NCBI GenBank assembly: GCA_002269645.1
Contig: NIVC01000409.1
Span: forward strand, 124,001 to 188,000
DNA: 64,000 nt
DNA from: Macrostomum lignano
Lineage: Eukaryota
Direction: 5' to 3'
Of the stretch, positions 23,791 to 38,100 are shown one piece after another. The translations under genes were made by a program, and so were the position numbers. Under the pieces are notes generated by a model. That model was given only the letters and a program-made list of their open reading frames with translations. It ran no database searches and was not told where the DNA came from. Positions within the stretch are counted from its first letter, which is position 1, and every line of letters begins with the position of its first letter.

Positions 23791-25242
23791 ATTCCTAGAA
23801 ATTGATCACTGTTCAAATGAACACATCAACAAATCAGATGCACTCTACATACTACTTAGTTGAATTTGGGAATAGCAGAATGCTTCAACTGCTATTGGTA
23901 TGTACAATGCACAGAGTCAGCCTAAAAAAGCAAGAGCAACGTCTCCGCTGTGTTTTAAAACACTCAAGTGAAAAGCAAAACAAACAATTTAATGCAGACA
24001 ACAAAAATAAACAAAAACAGAGAGACCCAATGAGAAGGCCACCGTTAATCTTGAATAATGATTACGATATATATATATATCGGTGCAGTTAAGACTTCCA
24101 CGCAAACACAAATACACAAAACTTGCAAAAACTTGATCATGCAAAGCAAACAGGAACAATACGGTACACTAAAAACTAAAAATAAGAAATTGGGAGATCA
24201 AAGTAGGCATGAATGGACCGAGAAAATGCATTGTGACAAAGATATATATACAGTACGATTATACATATCGATATAATCGAACGCAATATGAACAGAGGCT
24301 GGTAAACGCGGTTTACCAAAAAGCAAACGAACTTAAACAATTGTATGCACAGTTGATTTAAACAAACAAACTCGACAAACCTGCGCGCACATTAAATGTG
24401 CCAACTATAATAAGCTGATTCTAATTTTAAATTAAAAATAAATATTTTTATTTCGCATGCGCAATTTACTATTAACAAAGAAAAATCAACTACTTACTGT
24501 CATGAGTAGTGCAGCAGAATTTGCATGTCGGAATATGAAGTGAATTAATTATTAATCTGAAATAAAATAATAGAAATAGACATACAAAATTAGCAAAACA
24601 AACATTTTCAATTGTTAAAACAAAATCACAATACAAATAGATAGAAATCAATCCTTTCTGTGAGGTCAAAGTTAACTGACGAAAATAATATTGATTTTAA
24701 AGTACACCAGCTACTTTGATAATTAATAAATCGATCAAATGGCACACCATCACCAGGCGACTGAGAATTGCAAATTGGCATTGATTTTTTTTAAAAACAA
24801 ACAAAATTTTAAAAAGATGAGCACACTGAATATCAAAATTGTAAATCAGGCAGATTAACAAAATAAACAAAAATCAAAGATATATTTAACCGGAATAAAT
24901 GAGAATTAAAGTAAACAATGCATAGAAAAATAAACACTTAGACCAAAAATATTCTGGAGTAAACTGTTATTATAACAAAATATCATTCAAGCGATGGAAG
25001 AGAAGTTTGGGAAAATTAATTAATGGGCTCTTAGCACTTGGTGTTTCATTTAAATTTATTATGTAATATCGAAAATTAAGTGGTTCAAATTCCGTATAGG
25101 AATACTAAATTAAAAGTATTCTAATATTATTGAAAATATTACAAAGTACGCAAATGGGGAAATGAGCAATCTACACTGAATAAACTCGGAAATGATCGCA
25201 ATTAAACATTTACACGAGGGGTTTCCAGACTGTTTTACTCTG

Positions 25243-26010
25243 TGATTGCTGGGCCAGCCTCCCAGATCCTCAGTTGCTGGGCCAGCTTTCCAGATCATCA
25301 GTTGCTGGGCCAGCCTCCCAGACTGTCAGTTGCTGGGCCAGCTTTCCAGATCATCAGTTGCTAGGCCAGCCTCCCAGATCTCCTGTTGCTGGGCCAGCCT
25401 CCCAGATCATCAGTTGCTGGGCCAGCCTCCCAGATCATCAGTTGCTGGGCCAGCCTCCCAGATCATCAGTTGCTGGGCCAGCCTCCCAGAGTGTCAGTTG
25501 CTGGGCCAGCTTCCCAGATCATCAGTTGCTAGGCCAGCCTCCCAGATCTCCTGTTGCTGGGCCAGCCTCCCAGATCATCAGTTGCTAGGCCAGCCTCCCA
25601 GATCTCCTGTTGCTGGGCCAGCCTCCCAGATCCTCAGTTGCTGGGCCAGCCTCCCAGATCATCAGTTGCTAGGCCAGCCTCCCAGATCTCCTGTTGCTGG
25701 ACCAGCCTCCCAGATCTCCTGTTGCTGGACCAGCCTCCCAGATCCCCAGTTGCTAGGCCAGCCTCCCAGATCTCCTGTTGCTGGGCCAGCCTCCCAGATC
25801 TTCAGTTGCTGGGCCAGCCTCCCAGATCCTCAGTTGCTGGGCCAGCCTCCCAGATTCCCAGTTTCTGGGTCAGCCTCCCAGATCCTCAGTTGCTGGGCCA
25901 GCCTCCCAGATTCCCAGTTTCTGGGTCAGCCTCCCAGATCCTCAGTTGCTGGGCCAGCCTCCCAGATTCCCAGTTTCTGGGCCAGCCTCCCAGATCCTCA
26001 GTTGCTGGAC
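25243..26010. repeat. 28-bp minisatellite (~27 units)
   Basis: CAGTTGCTGGGCCAGCCTCCCAGATCCT; between the menin stop and SLC25A51. Confidence 0.95.
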
Positions 26011-26211
26011 CGGCCTGAACAATCAAAATGATTTATCAGGTCACTACAGTTTGCAGTTTTATCATTCAACAGATCAGCTGGCAAATGAGTCATGACAGTA
26101 AACACAGTCAGGAAACGTTTGCAACAACCCACTCATATTTTGTAAGCGATTTCAGATTAATATATGAAGCGAACCAATCAATTTTTAGTGTCTTTTCTGT
26201 TTTCTTCAGCT

Positions 26212-29200
26212 TCACGAACAAAACTCTGATCCAGATCTGAATCTTAAACGCTTCGCTCTGGCTGATTCGGTTGCAGAAGCAGATGATGCCGCTGGCTGAG
26301 GCTGAGACTGCAGACTCTGCTGCTGATGCGGCCGTTTAAAGTGCACCTGACTCTGAGCAGTGAGCTGCAGTTTAATTGCCGAGGAGTTCAATCTGGCCTG
26401 ACAGAACAGCGAGGCGATGCCGCACATCTTGCGACTCCGCAGCGTCACGGGCACGCAGCCGGTTGTCGAAGACGAACAATTCGATGAGGCGGTTGAATGA
26501 ACAGGCGACGGCTTCGAGGCGGTGGAATCCGATAGAAACACTGTCGGACTCAAGCCAAGCAGATAGCGAGGATTCAATAGCGCATTTGAGCAGCCTTCAG
26601 CAACAGATTTGAGCAGTTTAACTGACTCTGGACTGTAGTTACTAAGCTTAGTAGCATCCTCTGCTGATGTCAATTCCTGACCTTCTCTGCAACTAATTTT
26701 CAACGCTTGCCTAGCAACCGGATCGAACAGAAGCAAGCATTTTACTATCCTATCTGCCCAGCCAACATGCAGCACGGGAGTGTTGCTGTCCTGCTCCCAC
26801 AGACAGATTGCGTCATAGAAGTGCAGCAGAGCGGCCAGGCTGCGCGCATCCGAGGACACGCCAGTGTCAGCCGACAAGCGAAGCAGGCGGGGCACCAGCT
26901 CGTTAGACACCTGGGCGATAGATGAATATAGATATGGTCAGTCATATCGAGTGTTAAATACTAGAAAAAATAAACTGAGGATTTTACTGTGTCTGAAGAT
27001 TTCTTGAAAATGAGGATTTCAGGGTGAAACATCCTTAAACTAAGGATTTCAGATTGAAAAATCCTCAAATTGAGGATTTCAGGGTGAAAAATTCCCAAAA
27101 TGAGGATTTCAGCGTTAAAATCCCCAAAATGAGGATTTCAGGGCGAAACATCCTTAAAATGAGGATTTCAGATTGAAAAATCCTCAAAATGAGGATTTCA
27201 GGGTGAAAAATCCCCAAAATGAGGATATCAGGGTGAAAAATCCTTAAAATGAGGATTTCAGATTGAAAAATCCTCAAAATGAGGATTTCAGGGTGAAAAA
27301 TCCTCAAAATGAGGATATCAGGGTGAAAAATCCTTAAAAAGAGGATTTCAGATTGAAAAATTTTCAAAATGAGGATTTCAGGGTGAAAAACCTCCAAAAT
27401 GAGGATTTCAGGGTGAAAAATCCTTAAAAAGAGGATTTCAGATTGAAAAATCCTCAAAAGGAGGATTTCAGGGTGAAAAATCCCCAAAAGGAGGATTTCA
27501 GGGTCAAAATCCCCAAAATGAGGATTTCAGGGTCAAAAATCCCCAAAATGAGGATTTCAGGGTCAAAAATCCCCAAAATGAGGATTTCTGAGCGACATAT
27601 CCCCAAAATGAGGATTTCAGAGTGACAAACCGCAAAATGAAGATTTCGGAGTGACAAACCTCCAAAAAAGGATTTCAGAATGCCAGACTCCCAAAATAAG
27701 GATTTCAGAGTGAAAAATTTTATAAGCTACTCAACACTCATTCAGAGATTTACCTCAAACAGCTCTTTATAGATCTCGGCGTCCTCTCTGCTGTAACTGT
27801 ACTGAGCCACTGTCCGCGCGGCCAGACACCAATACCTCAGAGCCTGTCTGCACTGGCTTTTGCGATAGAAATAACCGCCCAAAGCCAGATAGGGATACAC
27901 GTGACAATTGTTATAATAAACTAGATTAGCTCGAATTGCTTCGTTATAAAGCGAGACAGCAACGCTTTCTCCAGGTGCGCTAAAACTGCAATCTTCGAAT
28001 AATTCGTCACGCGGTTGTCTCTGCTGTTGCCGATGCGTTGGGTTCGCTGATTCTAAATCCGCCAGGTTGATCAGGGCCAGAGGGTAGCATTTCAGGTGGC
28101 CAAAGTCGTATAGCTGCCAGAGCAGGCGTTGCTTCAGTCCTTCCAGTGGCCTGAAGATTGGTTGGATGTTGGATTATCCTCATTGTCTTCCTCATCTCCC
28201 CATATGTCTTCCTCATCTCCTCACCTGTCTTCCTCATCTCCTCACCCGTCTTCCTCATCTCCTCACCTGTTTTTCTTATCTCCTCACCTGTCTTCCTTAT
28301 CCCCTCACCTGTCTTCCTCATCTCCTCACCTGTCTTTGTCTTCTCCCACCTGTCTTCCTCATCTCCTTACCTGTCTTCCTCATCTCCTCACCTGTCTTCC
28401 TCATCTCCTCACCTGTCTTCCTCATCTCCCACCTGTCTTCCTCATCTCCTTACCTGTCTTCCTCATCGATTACCTGTCTACCCCATCTAACCACCTGTCT
28501 ACCCCATCTCATCACCTGTCTACCCCATCTCACCACCTGTCTACCCCATCTAACCACCTGTCTACCCCATCTAACCACCTGTCTACCCCATCTCACCACC
28601 TGTCTACCCCATCTCACCACCTGTCTACCCCATCTCACCACCTGTCTACCCCATCTAACCACCTGTCCACCCCATCTAACCACCTGTCTACCCCATCTCA
28701 CCACCTGTCTACCCCATCTCACCACCTGTCTACCCCATCTCACCACCTGTCTACCCCATCTCACCACCTGTCTACTCCATCTCACCACCTGTCTACCCCA
28801 TCTAACCACCTGTCTACCCCATCTCACCACCTGTCTACCCCATCTAACTACGTGTCCACCCCATCTCACCACCTGTCTACCCCATCTAACTACCTGTCCA
28901 CCCCATCTCACCAACTCACCAATCTCATCTCACTATCTGTGTTTCTAATTTTCTCACCTGTCTTGTCTAAGCTATGCTAATATTTTCCATTTTTAAAAAG
29001 TTAACTACCAATACATATCGGTAGCTAAGCCTTACTTAGACTGCAGCTGAGCGTGCTGCTGATGATCAGCAGTTGAAGCAGTTGCAGGATGCAGTTGGCC
29101 ACCAGTTATCCTTGGACTTATAGACGTCACCATAGCAACCAGAGTCAGCCAGTGAGTCTCGCACAGCACTGCATTGCCATTTAAATAAAGCCAAGAGGAA

Positions 29201-29782
29201 CCGGCGCCGCTGCCTGCCGGATGCTCCGGTTGCACCGATTGACCTCGCAACGATTGCAGAGTCCTGCCAGCCCAGCTGACCTCGGCGCTGTGCTCAAGCT
29301 GGTGCCCGAACACCAGCCAGGCGTGATCTTCGCTGAGTGCCAACCGGACAGTCGGCACCTCCAGTAGCTGACAGGCGGACACAACGGCCAGACACACGCC
29401 GAATGTGTCCAGCCTGGCCGGATGGTGATCGCAGCTGACCAGAGTGTAGAGAGTCTGGCAGTGCGCCAGCTCCGCTAGGCCGACGCAGTGCCTCAGGCGG
29501 GCCCAGACTCGGTCAGCCAGCTGCACAATCACGTGACGCAGCAAATCCGGGAACCAGGCAGCAGAGGGCAGGTGAATTTCCAGCAGGTCTACGCTGGACC
29601 AGTTTAGCTTTTTTAAACGGGAGCACAGAGCTGCGGAGTCCGTGTTGTTGTTGTTATTGTTGCTTAGCAGCACCAGCTCCTGGGGAGGGGACATGGGATT
29701 GAGGTGTAGATTTGGGTTTGATACAAAGCCAGTCAGACAGACAGACAGACAGACAGACACACAGAGAGACTGACAGACAGAC

Positions 29783-29839
<57 letters not shown>

Positions 29840-29852
29840 CTGACAGACAGAC

Positions 29853-29923
<71 letters not shown>

Positions 29924-30022
29924 CACAGAGAGACTGACAGACAGACAGAAAGAGACAGACAGACAGACAGACAGACACAGACAGACACACAGACACACAG
30001 AGAGACTGACAGACAGACAGAA

Positions 30023-30055
<33 letters not shown>

Positions 30056-30082
30056 CACAGAGAGACTGACAGACAGACAGAA

Positions 30083-30151
<69 letters not shown>

Positions 30152-30152
30152 G

Positions 30153-30230
<78 letters not shown>

Positions 30231-30231
30231 G

Positions 30232-30269
<38 letters not shown>

Positions 30270-30270
30270 A

Positions 30271-30317
<47 letters not shown>

Positions 30318-30783
30318 GAGACAGACAGACAGATAGACACTCTGACAGACAGACAGACAGGCAGACAGACAGACAGACACACAGACAGACACTCACCTGC
30401 TCAATCCTAGTCCTATACTTGGTCAGATCAAATCTCATAGCATACACATCCTGGCAGAAGCTGTTACACAATTTATCCAGCTGGTCCAAGTTCAGATTAG
30501 GAAATGCCACAATTTGATCATCGGTGCCTGCAGCGGCAGCGGCCACAGCGGCAGGTGCCGTAGTCAGCTGACTCTCAATATCGCCGAGCAGAATTGACAG
30601 CTGAGCAAGACACGGCTCAGTTTCCCTACGCAGCACGCAGCCAATTAGTGCTAGAACATCTTCCGCAGAAGAGAGTCTGGCAGGAAGTCGGTATCGTTTC
30701 AGCAGCTTGGCAAAGCTGATGGGTCCGACGCTTCCGGTGCCACTTAACAACGGCAAACAGGTGGTTGCCGACATGCGATGCAT
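26212..30783 (-). CDS. MEN1: Menin, ~708 aa
   Basis: Exons 30783-30397, 29679-29036, 28150-27754 and 26910-26212, GT-AG, in frame. Motifs [101 protein letters not shown] are menin-specific. Confidence 0.95.
26985..27720. repeat. 30-bp intronic minisatellite
   Basis: AAAATGAGGATTTCAGGGTGAAAAATCCCC; menin intron 3. Confidence 0.95.
28180..28925. repeat. Two related 21-bp minisatellite blocks
   Basis: TCTTCCTCATCTCCTCACCTG (28180-28455) and TCTACCCCATCTCACCACCTG (28465-28925); menin intron 2. Confidence 0.95.
29733..30392. repeat. (GACA)n microsatellite
   Basis: Fills menin intron 1. Confidence 0.97.
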
Positions 30784-30964
30784 GAAGCATAATGGATTAT
30801 AATGATTTATTACTGCTTACAGATGATCAATTCATATCAACAGAAATTTATTTTGTCTATATTGAAAAGAAAAAAATGGATATTGGCGGAAAAACTTAAA
30901 AAAGACATTTGGTAGAGTAATAGAGTACTTGGATAGGTTTAAGGACCACGATTCAGGTATTAAG

Positions 30965-31480
30965 GGACAAATTAGGAGACCTAGACCCTAATACCTGAAT
31001 ACCTAATACCTGATATTAACTCAACTTAATCGATATGAAGTTAAGTTAATATCGATTAGGGCACCAAATTAGTAGCTAATAGGGGATCAAATTAGGAGAT
31101 ATTAGGAGACAAAATTAGAAGCTAATAGGGGACCAAATTAGGAGGTACTAGGGGACTGAATTAGGAGATATTAGGGAACCAAATTAGGAGATATTAGGAG
31201 ACAAAATTAGGAGATTAGGACACCAAACTAGGGGATATTAGGGGACCAAATTAGGAGATATTAGATGACCAGATAAGGAGATATTAGGGGACCAAATTAG
31301 GAGATATTAGGGGACCAAATTAGAAGATATTAAAGGACCAAATTAGAAGATATTAAAGGACCAAATTAGAAGATATTAAAGGACCAAATTAGAAGATATC
31401 AAAGGACCAAATTAGGAGGTATAAGAAGGAACAAACTGGGAGCTATTATGGAACCAGATTAGGAGATATTAGGGGATACA
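30965..31480. repeat. Degenerate 23-bp minisatellite
   Basis: ATTAGGGGACCAAATTAGGAGAT; upstream of menin. Confidence 0.88.
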
Positions 31481-32143
31481 AATTAGAGGCCGTACCAGAT
31501 TAGGCGAAAATCCATTAAAAGACAATATATAAGACCGATAAACTAATAACAATAAAAGTACAGTGTGTACTTAAATAAAAGACAAAAACAAAGTTTCAGT
31601 GTAAGTAGCTCGAAAGTAATCAATAGCCAACAAGCAAAACACACTACTTAGCTACTTAGCTAATAGTAGTATGCACTTATATTGAGCAGGAATTTTTTTC
31701 TATTCTTCTAGTAACCATAAAAATAGAATTAAAATGAAAAAAATCAAATAAGTAAGCTGCAACAAAAAACCATCTAAACGTGGTGGACAAAAATATACCA
31801 AAAATGATTGATTTAAAATTAAATGCCAAAAAATCTTAAGTAAAATGTTATAGTAATTTTTTAAATTTTACGACTTAGAAGTAGAAATCTGCCAAATGAA
31901 ACACTTTTTTCTTATTATCAACTACTTAAAGTAGGCTGCATTGCTGATATTTTATGAGAAACATGAAAAATAATTCATTTAAAACTATACAATGAAGAAT
32001 AAAATTTAAAAAATCAATTAGACAATATTCTTATTTTCAACTATTTAAGGTACACTGGGTTGCTGATATTGTATGGTTATAATCAACTTATTACTAGAAG
32101 GTTGCAGACGAATTTTAATAGTCACTTTAATAGTTCTCAATGT

Positions 32144-35100
32144 TTAGCTGGTTTGCCGCTCGTCACCGTTGCCATGGTTACTACTACTACCACTAGCTGG
32201 TAGCAGTTCCAGCTCGGCTAGCAGTGAGAAATGATCAGACGATATATGCGGATGCGGACAGCCAAGAATGCCATTCTGGGCAAACCAGGACTCCGGAATC
32301 ATGTCCAAATAGCCGATGTTATTGAAATGATCCGCCGTGAAGAAAATGTAGTCGATGACGCCTCGGAAACCGTAGGTGAAATTTGTGCAATTATTCGAGC
32401 CAAAGTAGCAGGGCAACAAGTTGAAATCGTGCTCAAGGTGCTCCTCGGTTGGGGCTAGTTGTGATCGGCGAGGCGTGAGCTTGTCCAGAATTTTAGCGTA
32501 GCCCAGCTCTTTGAAGTCTAGATGGGACTTGTTTACCCGGCCGCGAGATAGGTACTCGAATACACCTGACAGGATGTCAGTGAGGAGATGCCGAACATTA
32601 GAGCACAGGCTCACACAGGGTGTACGATCGGTCCCTGACTTATTCGAATCATTTGAGACTCTTATTATAAAGATTTAGGGGCGATTCCTTTGGTGATTTA
32701 GGGGCGATTCTTTTGGTGATTTAGGGGCGATTCTTATGGTGATTAAGGGCGAATCTTTTGGTGATTTAGGAGCGAATCTTTTAGTGATTTAGGGGCGAAT
32801 CTTTTGGTGATTTAGGGGCGATTCTTATGGTGATTAAGGGCGAATCTTTTGGTGATTTAGGAGCGAATCTTTTAGTGATTTAGGGGCGATTCTTTTGTTG
32901 ATTTAGGGGAGATTCTTTTGGTGATTTAGGAGCGAATCTTTTAGTGATTTAGGGGCGTTTCTTTTGGTGATTTAGGGGCGATTCTTTTGGTGATTTAGGG
33001 GCGATGCTTTTGGTGATTTAGGGGCAATTCTTTTGGTGATTTAGGGGCGATTCTTTTGGTGATTTAGGGGCGGTTCTTTTGGTGATTTAGGGGCGATTCT
33101 TTTGGTGATTTAGGGGCGAATCTTTTAGTGATTTAGGGGCGTTTCTTTTGGTGATTTAGGGGCGATTCTTTTGGTGATTTAGGGGCGATGCTTTTGGTGA
33201 TTTAGGGGCGATTCTTTTGGTGATTTAGGGGCGATTCTTTTGGTGATTTAGGGGCGGTTCTTTTGGTGATTTAGGGGCGATTCTTTTGGTGATTTAGGGG
33301 CGATTCTTTTGGTGATTTAGGGGCGATTCTTTTAGTGATTTAGGGGCGATTCTTTTGGTGATTTAGGCGCGATTCTTTTGGTGATTTAGGGGCGATTCTT
33401 TTGGTGATTTAGAGGCGATTCTTTTGGTGATTTAGGGGCGATTCTTTTGGTGATTTAGGGGCGATTCTTTTGGTGATTTAGGGGCGGTTCTTTTGGTGAT
33501 TTAGGGGCGATTCTTTTGGTGATTTAGGGGCGATTCTTTTGGTGATTTAGGGGCGATTCTTTTAGTGATTTAGGGGCGATTCTTTTGGTGATTTAGGCGC
33601 GATTCTTTTGGTGATTTAGGGGCGATTCTTTTGGTGATTTAGAGGCGATTCTTTTGGTGATTTAGGGGCGATTCTTTTGGTGAATTAGGGGCGATTCTTT
33701 TGGTGATTTAGGAGCGATTCTTTTGGTGATTTAGGAGCGATTCTTTTGGTGATTTAGGGGCGATTCTTTTGGTGATTTAGGGGCGAATCTTTTGGTGATT
33801 TAGGGGCGATTCTTTTGGTGATTTAGGGGCGATTCTTTTGGTAATTTAGGCGCGAATCTTTTGGTGATTTAGGAGCGATTCTTCCCCTAAATCAAACATT
33901 CTAACAGTATAAGCAAATGCATTTGTAGGGACTTTTGGGTAGCCATGCGATTCAGACCACTAATGTAGAGCCAACCATTTAAGTCACAGAGTGTTTATCA
34001 TTTTGTTTAACACTGTTTCCTGCGTTTAATAAAAGTACCTTCTTTTGAGTGCCCACAAGCTAATTTGTCTATGGCCTAAACTCCCACTTTCGGTTTCAGC
34101 CTTAAACTAACTGTACACTAACTTTAAATAAATGGACTCGATCGCCCCCCCCCAAGCCAAGATTTAACTGTCCGCTCAACTTAATCAATCATCTCCATCT
34201 CCAAAAGCTTTTGATAGCCAGCGTTTTGGTAGCCTACAACCCTACAGTCTACACCAGCTCACCGGAATCAGGCAGTGAGTTGAAATCGCCGCATATAATA
34301 GTGGGCATGCTAGCCACATCGACTTTGTCAGCCTGTGGATTCTGCTCGCGTAGATGATTCTCAATCTTCTTCCATAGCGCCGAAAGCAGCATGATGGACT
34401 GGATTAGTTTGACATCAGAGTACTCCGGATCCCAGTGAATGTGAGCGGTGGACACCACTAGCTGGCGGCGCTGACCTGTGGACTCTTCCAGCACCTCAAA
34501 GATGGCCATGATTGCGACATTGTCGCGTACCATCACCCTGTTGATCATCTGGTGGTTTGCCTGCAGGTTGCAGTAAGTGCATTAAGCACTTGTTTAACAC
34601 TGCATTACAACTACAGAATATCACAATAAACTACAAGAATCTTACATTAAACTACAATAATCTCACATTAAACTACAATAATCTCACATTAAACTACAAG
34701 AATCTCACATCAAACTAAAAAATTGCACACTAAACTAACAGAATCTGAAATAAAACTACAAGAATCTCACATTAAACTACAAGAATCTCATATTAAACTA
34801 CAAGAATCCCATATGAAACTACAAGAATCTCACATTAAACTACAAGAATCTCACATTAAACTACAAGAATCTCACAATAAACTACAAGAATCTCACATTA
34901 AACTAAAAGAATCTCACATTAAACTAAAAGAATCTCACATTAAACTACAAGAATCTTACATTAAACTACAAGAATCTCACATTAAACTACAAGAATCTCA
35001 CATTAAACTACAAAAATCTCACATTAAACGACAAGAATCTCACATTAAACTACAAGAATCTTACATTAAACTACAAGAATCTCACATTAAACTACAAGAA

Positions 35101-38100
35101 TCTCACATTAAACTACAAGAATCTTACATTAAACTACAAGAATCTCACATTAAACTACAAGAATCTCACATTAAACTACAAGAATCTCACATTAAACTAC
35201 AAAAATCTCACATTAAACTACAAGAATCTCACATTAAACTACAATAATCTTACATTAAACTACAAGAATCTCACATTAAACTACAAGAATCTTACATTAA
35301 ACTACAAAAATCTCACATTAAACTACAAGAATCTCACATTAAACTACAAGAATCTCACATTAAACTACAAGAATCTCACAATAATTTACAAGAATCTCAC
35401 ATGAAACTACAAGAATCTCACATTAAACTACAAGAATCTCACAATAAACTACAAGAATCTCACATTAAACTACAAGAATCTCACATTAAACTACAAGAAT
35501 CTCACATTAAACTACAAGAATCTCACATGAAACTACAAGAATCTCACATTAAACTACAAAAATCTCACATTAAACTACAAGAATCTCACATTAAACTACA
35601 AGAATCTTACATTAAACTACAAAAATCTCACATTAAACTACAAGAATCTCACATTAAACTACAAAAATCTCACATTAAACTACAAGAATCTCACAATAAT
35701 TTACAAGAATCTCACATGAAACTACAAGAATCTCACATTAAACTACAAGAATCTCACAATAAAATACAAGAATCTCACATTAAACTACAAGAATCTCACA
35801 TTAAACTACAAGAATCTCACATTAAACTACAAGAATCTCACATTAAACTACAAGAATCTTACATTAAACTACAAGAATCTCACATTAAACTACAAGAATC
35901 TTACATTAAACTACAAAAATCTCACATTAAACTACAAGAATCTCACATTAAACTACAAGAATCTCACAATAAAATACAAAAATCTCACATTAAACTACAA
36001 GAATCTCACATTAAACTACAATAATCTTACATTAAACTACAAGAATCTCACATTAAACTACAAGAATCTTACATTAAAATACAAAAATCTCACATTAAAC
36101 TACAAGAATCTCACATTAAACTACAAGAATCTCACATTAAACTACAAGAATCTCACAATAATTTACAAGAATCTCACATGAAACTACAAGAATCTCACAT
36201 TAAACTACAAGAATCTCACAATAAACTACAAGAATCTCACATTAAACTACAAGAATCTCACATTAAACTACAAGAATCTCACATTAAACTACAAGAATCT
36301 CACATTAAACTACAAGAATCTCACATTAAACTACAAAAATCTCACATTAAACTACAAGAATCTCACATTAAACTACAAGAATCTTACATTAAACTACAAA
36401 AATCTCACATTAAACTACAAGAATCTCACATTAAACTACAAGAATCTCACATTAAACTACAAGAATCTCACAATAAAATACAAGAATCTCACATGAAACT
36501 ACAAGAATCTCACATTAAACTACAAGAATCTCACAATAAACTACAAGAATCTCACATTAAACTACAAGAATCTCACATTAAACTACAAGAATCTCACATT
36601 AAACTACAAGAATCTCACATTAAACTACAAGAATCTTACATTAAACTACAAGAATCTCACATTAAACTACAAGAATCTTACATTAAACTACAAAAATCTC
36701 ACATTAAACTACAAGAATCTCACATTAAACTACAAGAATCTCACATGAAACTACAAGAATCTTACATTAAACTACAAGAATCTCACATTAAACTACAAGA
36801 ATCTCACATTAAACTACAAAAATCTCACATTAAACTACAAGAATCTCACATGAAACTACAAGAATCTTACATTAAACTACAAGAATCTTACATTAAACTA
36901 CAAGAATCTTACATTAAACTACAAGAATCTCACATTAAACTACAAGAATCTCACATTAAACTACAAGAATCTTACATTAAACTACAAGAATCTCATATTA
37001 AACTACAAGAATATCATATTAAACTACAAGAATCTCACATTAAACTACAAGAATCTCACATTAAACTACAAGAATCTTACATTAAACTACAAGAATCTCA
37101 CATTAAACTACAATAATCTCACATTAAACTACAAAAATCTCACATTAAACTACAAGAATCTCACATGAAACTACAAGAATCTTACATTAAACTACAAGAA
37201 TCTTACATTAAACTACAAGAATCTCACATTAAACTACAAGAATCTCACATTAAACTACAAGAATCTTACATTAAACTACAAGAATCTCATATTAAACTAC
37301 AAGAATCTCACAATTAACTACAAGAATCTCACATTAAACTACAAAAATCTCACATTAAACTACAAGAATCTCACATTAAACTACAAGAATCTTACATTAA
37401 ACTACAAGAATCTTACATTAAACTACAAGAATCTCACATTAAACTACAAGAATCCCATATGAAACTACGGCAATCTACCTTGCAATCCTTCTCGTATTTC
37501 TCAACAGCCATCTGTGAGAACTCAATGAGGTCCTCTTTAACCAGCGTAAAGCGGTCTCGCTTCCAAAAGATGGCGACCCCGTCGACATACTTGCTCTCAT
37601 TGGCTGTCATCGTTCTTGCTCGACTCTTCGGACTAAAAATGCCTTCATAACCGGCTTTAGCCAGTTCCGGGCGGAAGTACACGCCAAACTGCTCAGTTTC
37701 AACTTCTTGCAAGCAGAGAATGTCAGCCTGGTAGGCTCGCAGTTCGTCCATTATGCCTCGACGTCTGTATTCCCATTGCAGGGCCCAGGATGGACAATAA
37801 GGATACTGCTTCTTAGTGGCGTACGCTTCGCATAGCACGTTGTAGCACATCACAGTGAATGCTGTACCATGGATAGTACTGCCGTTGGCACCGCTAGTAG
37901 TACCGTTTGAGCCGCTAGTTGTCGACTGGGAATTGTTTGGGGCAGAGGCGTGACCATTGCGCGAGATCGAGTCAGTATTGCTGCGACCGCCCAGATAGCA
38001 CCACTTGCGACTTGGGGGCGGCGGCATGGCGAAGCCTGGGGACGTGATTTAGGGGTGATTCTTCCAGTGATTTAGGGGTGATTCTTCCAGTGATTTAGGG

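Noticed and set aside
20495-30392. Many 100-280-aa repetitive ORFs ([38 protein letters not shown])
   Set aside because: All coincide with stop-poor tandem arrays inside introns or spacers of well-supported genes.
34723-37116. (KLQESHI)n heptad ORFs resembling a coiled-coil protein
   Set aside because: Antisense to a CNOT6 intron, produced by a 21-bp repeat, broken by stops, and hydrophobic spacing is not 3-4.
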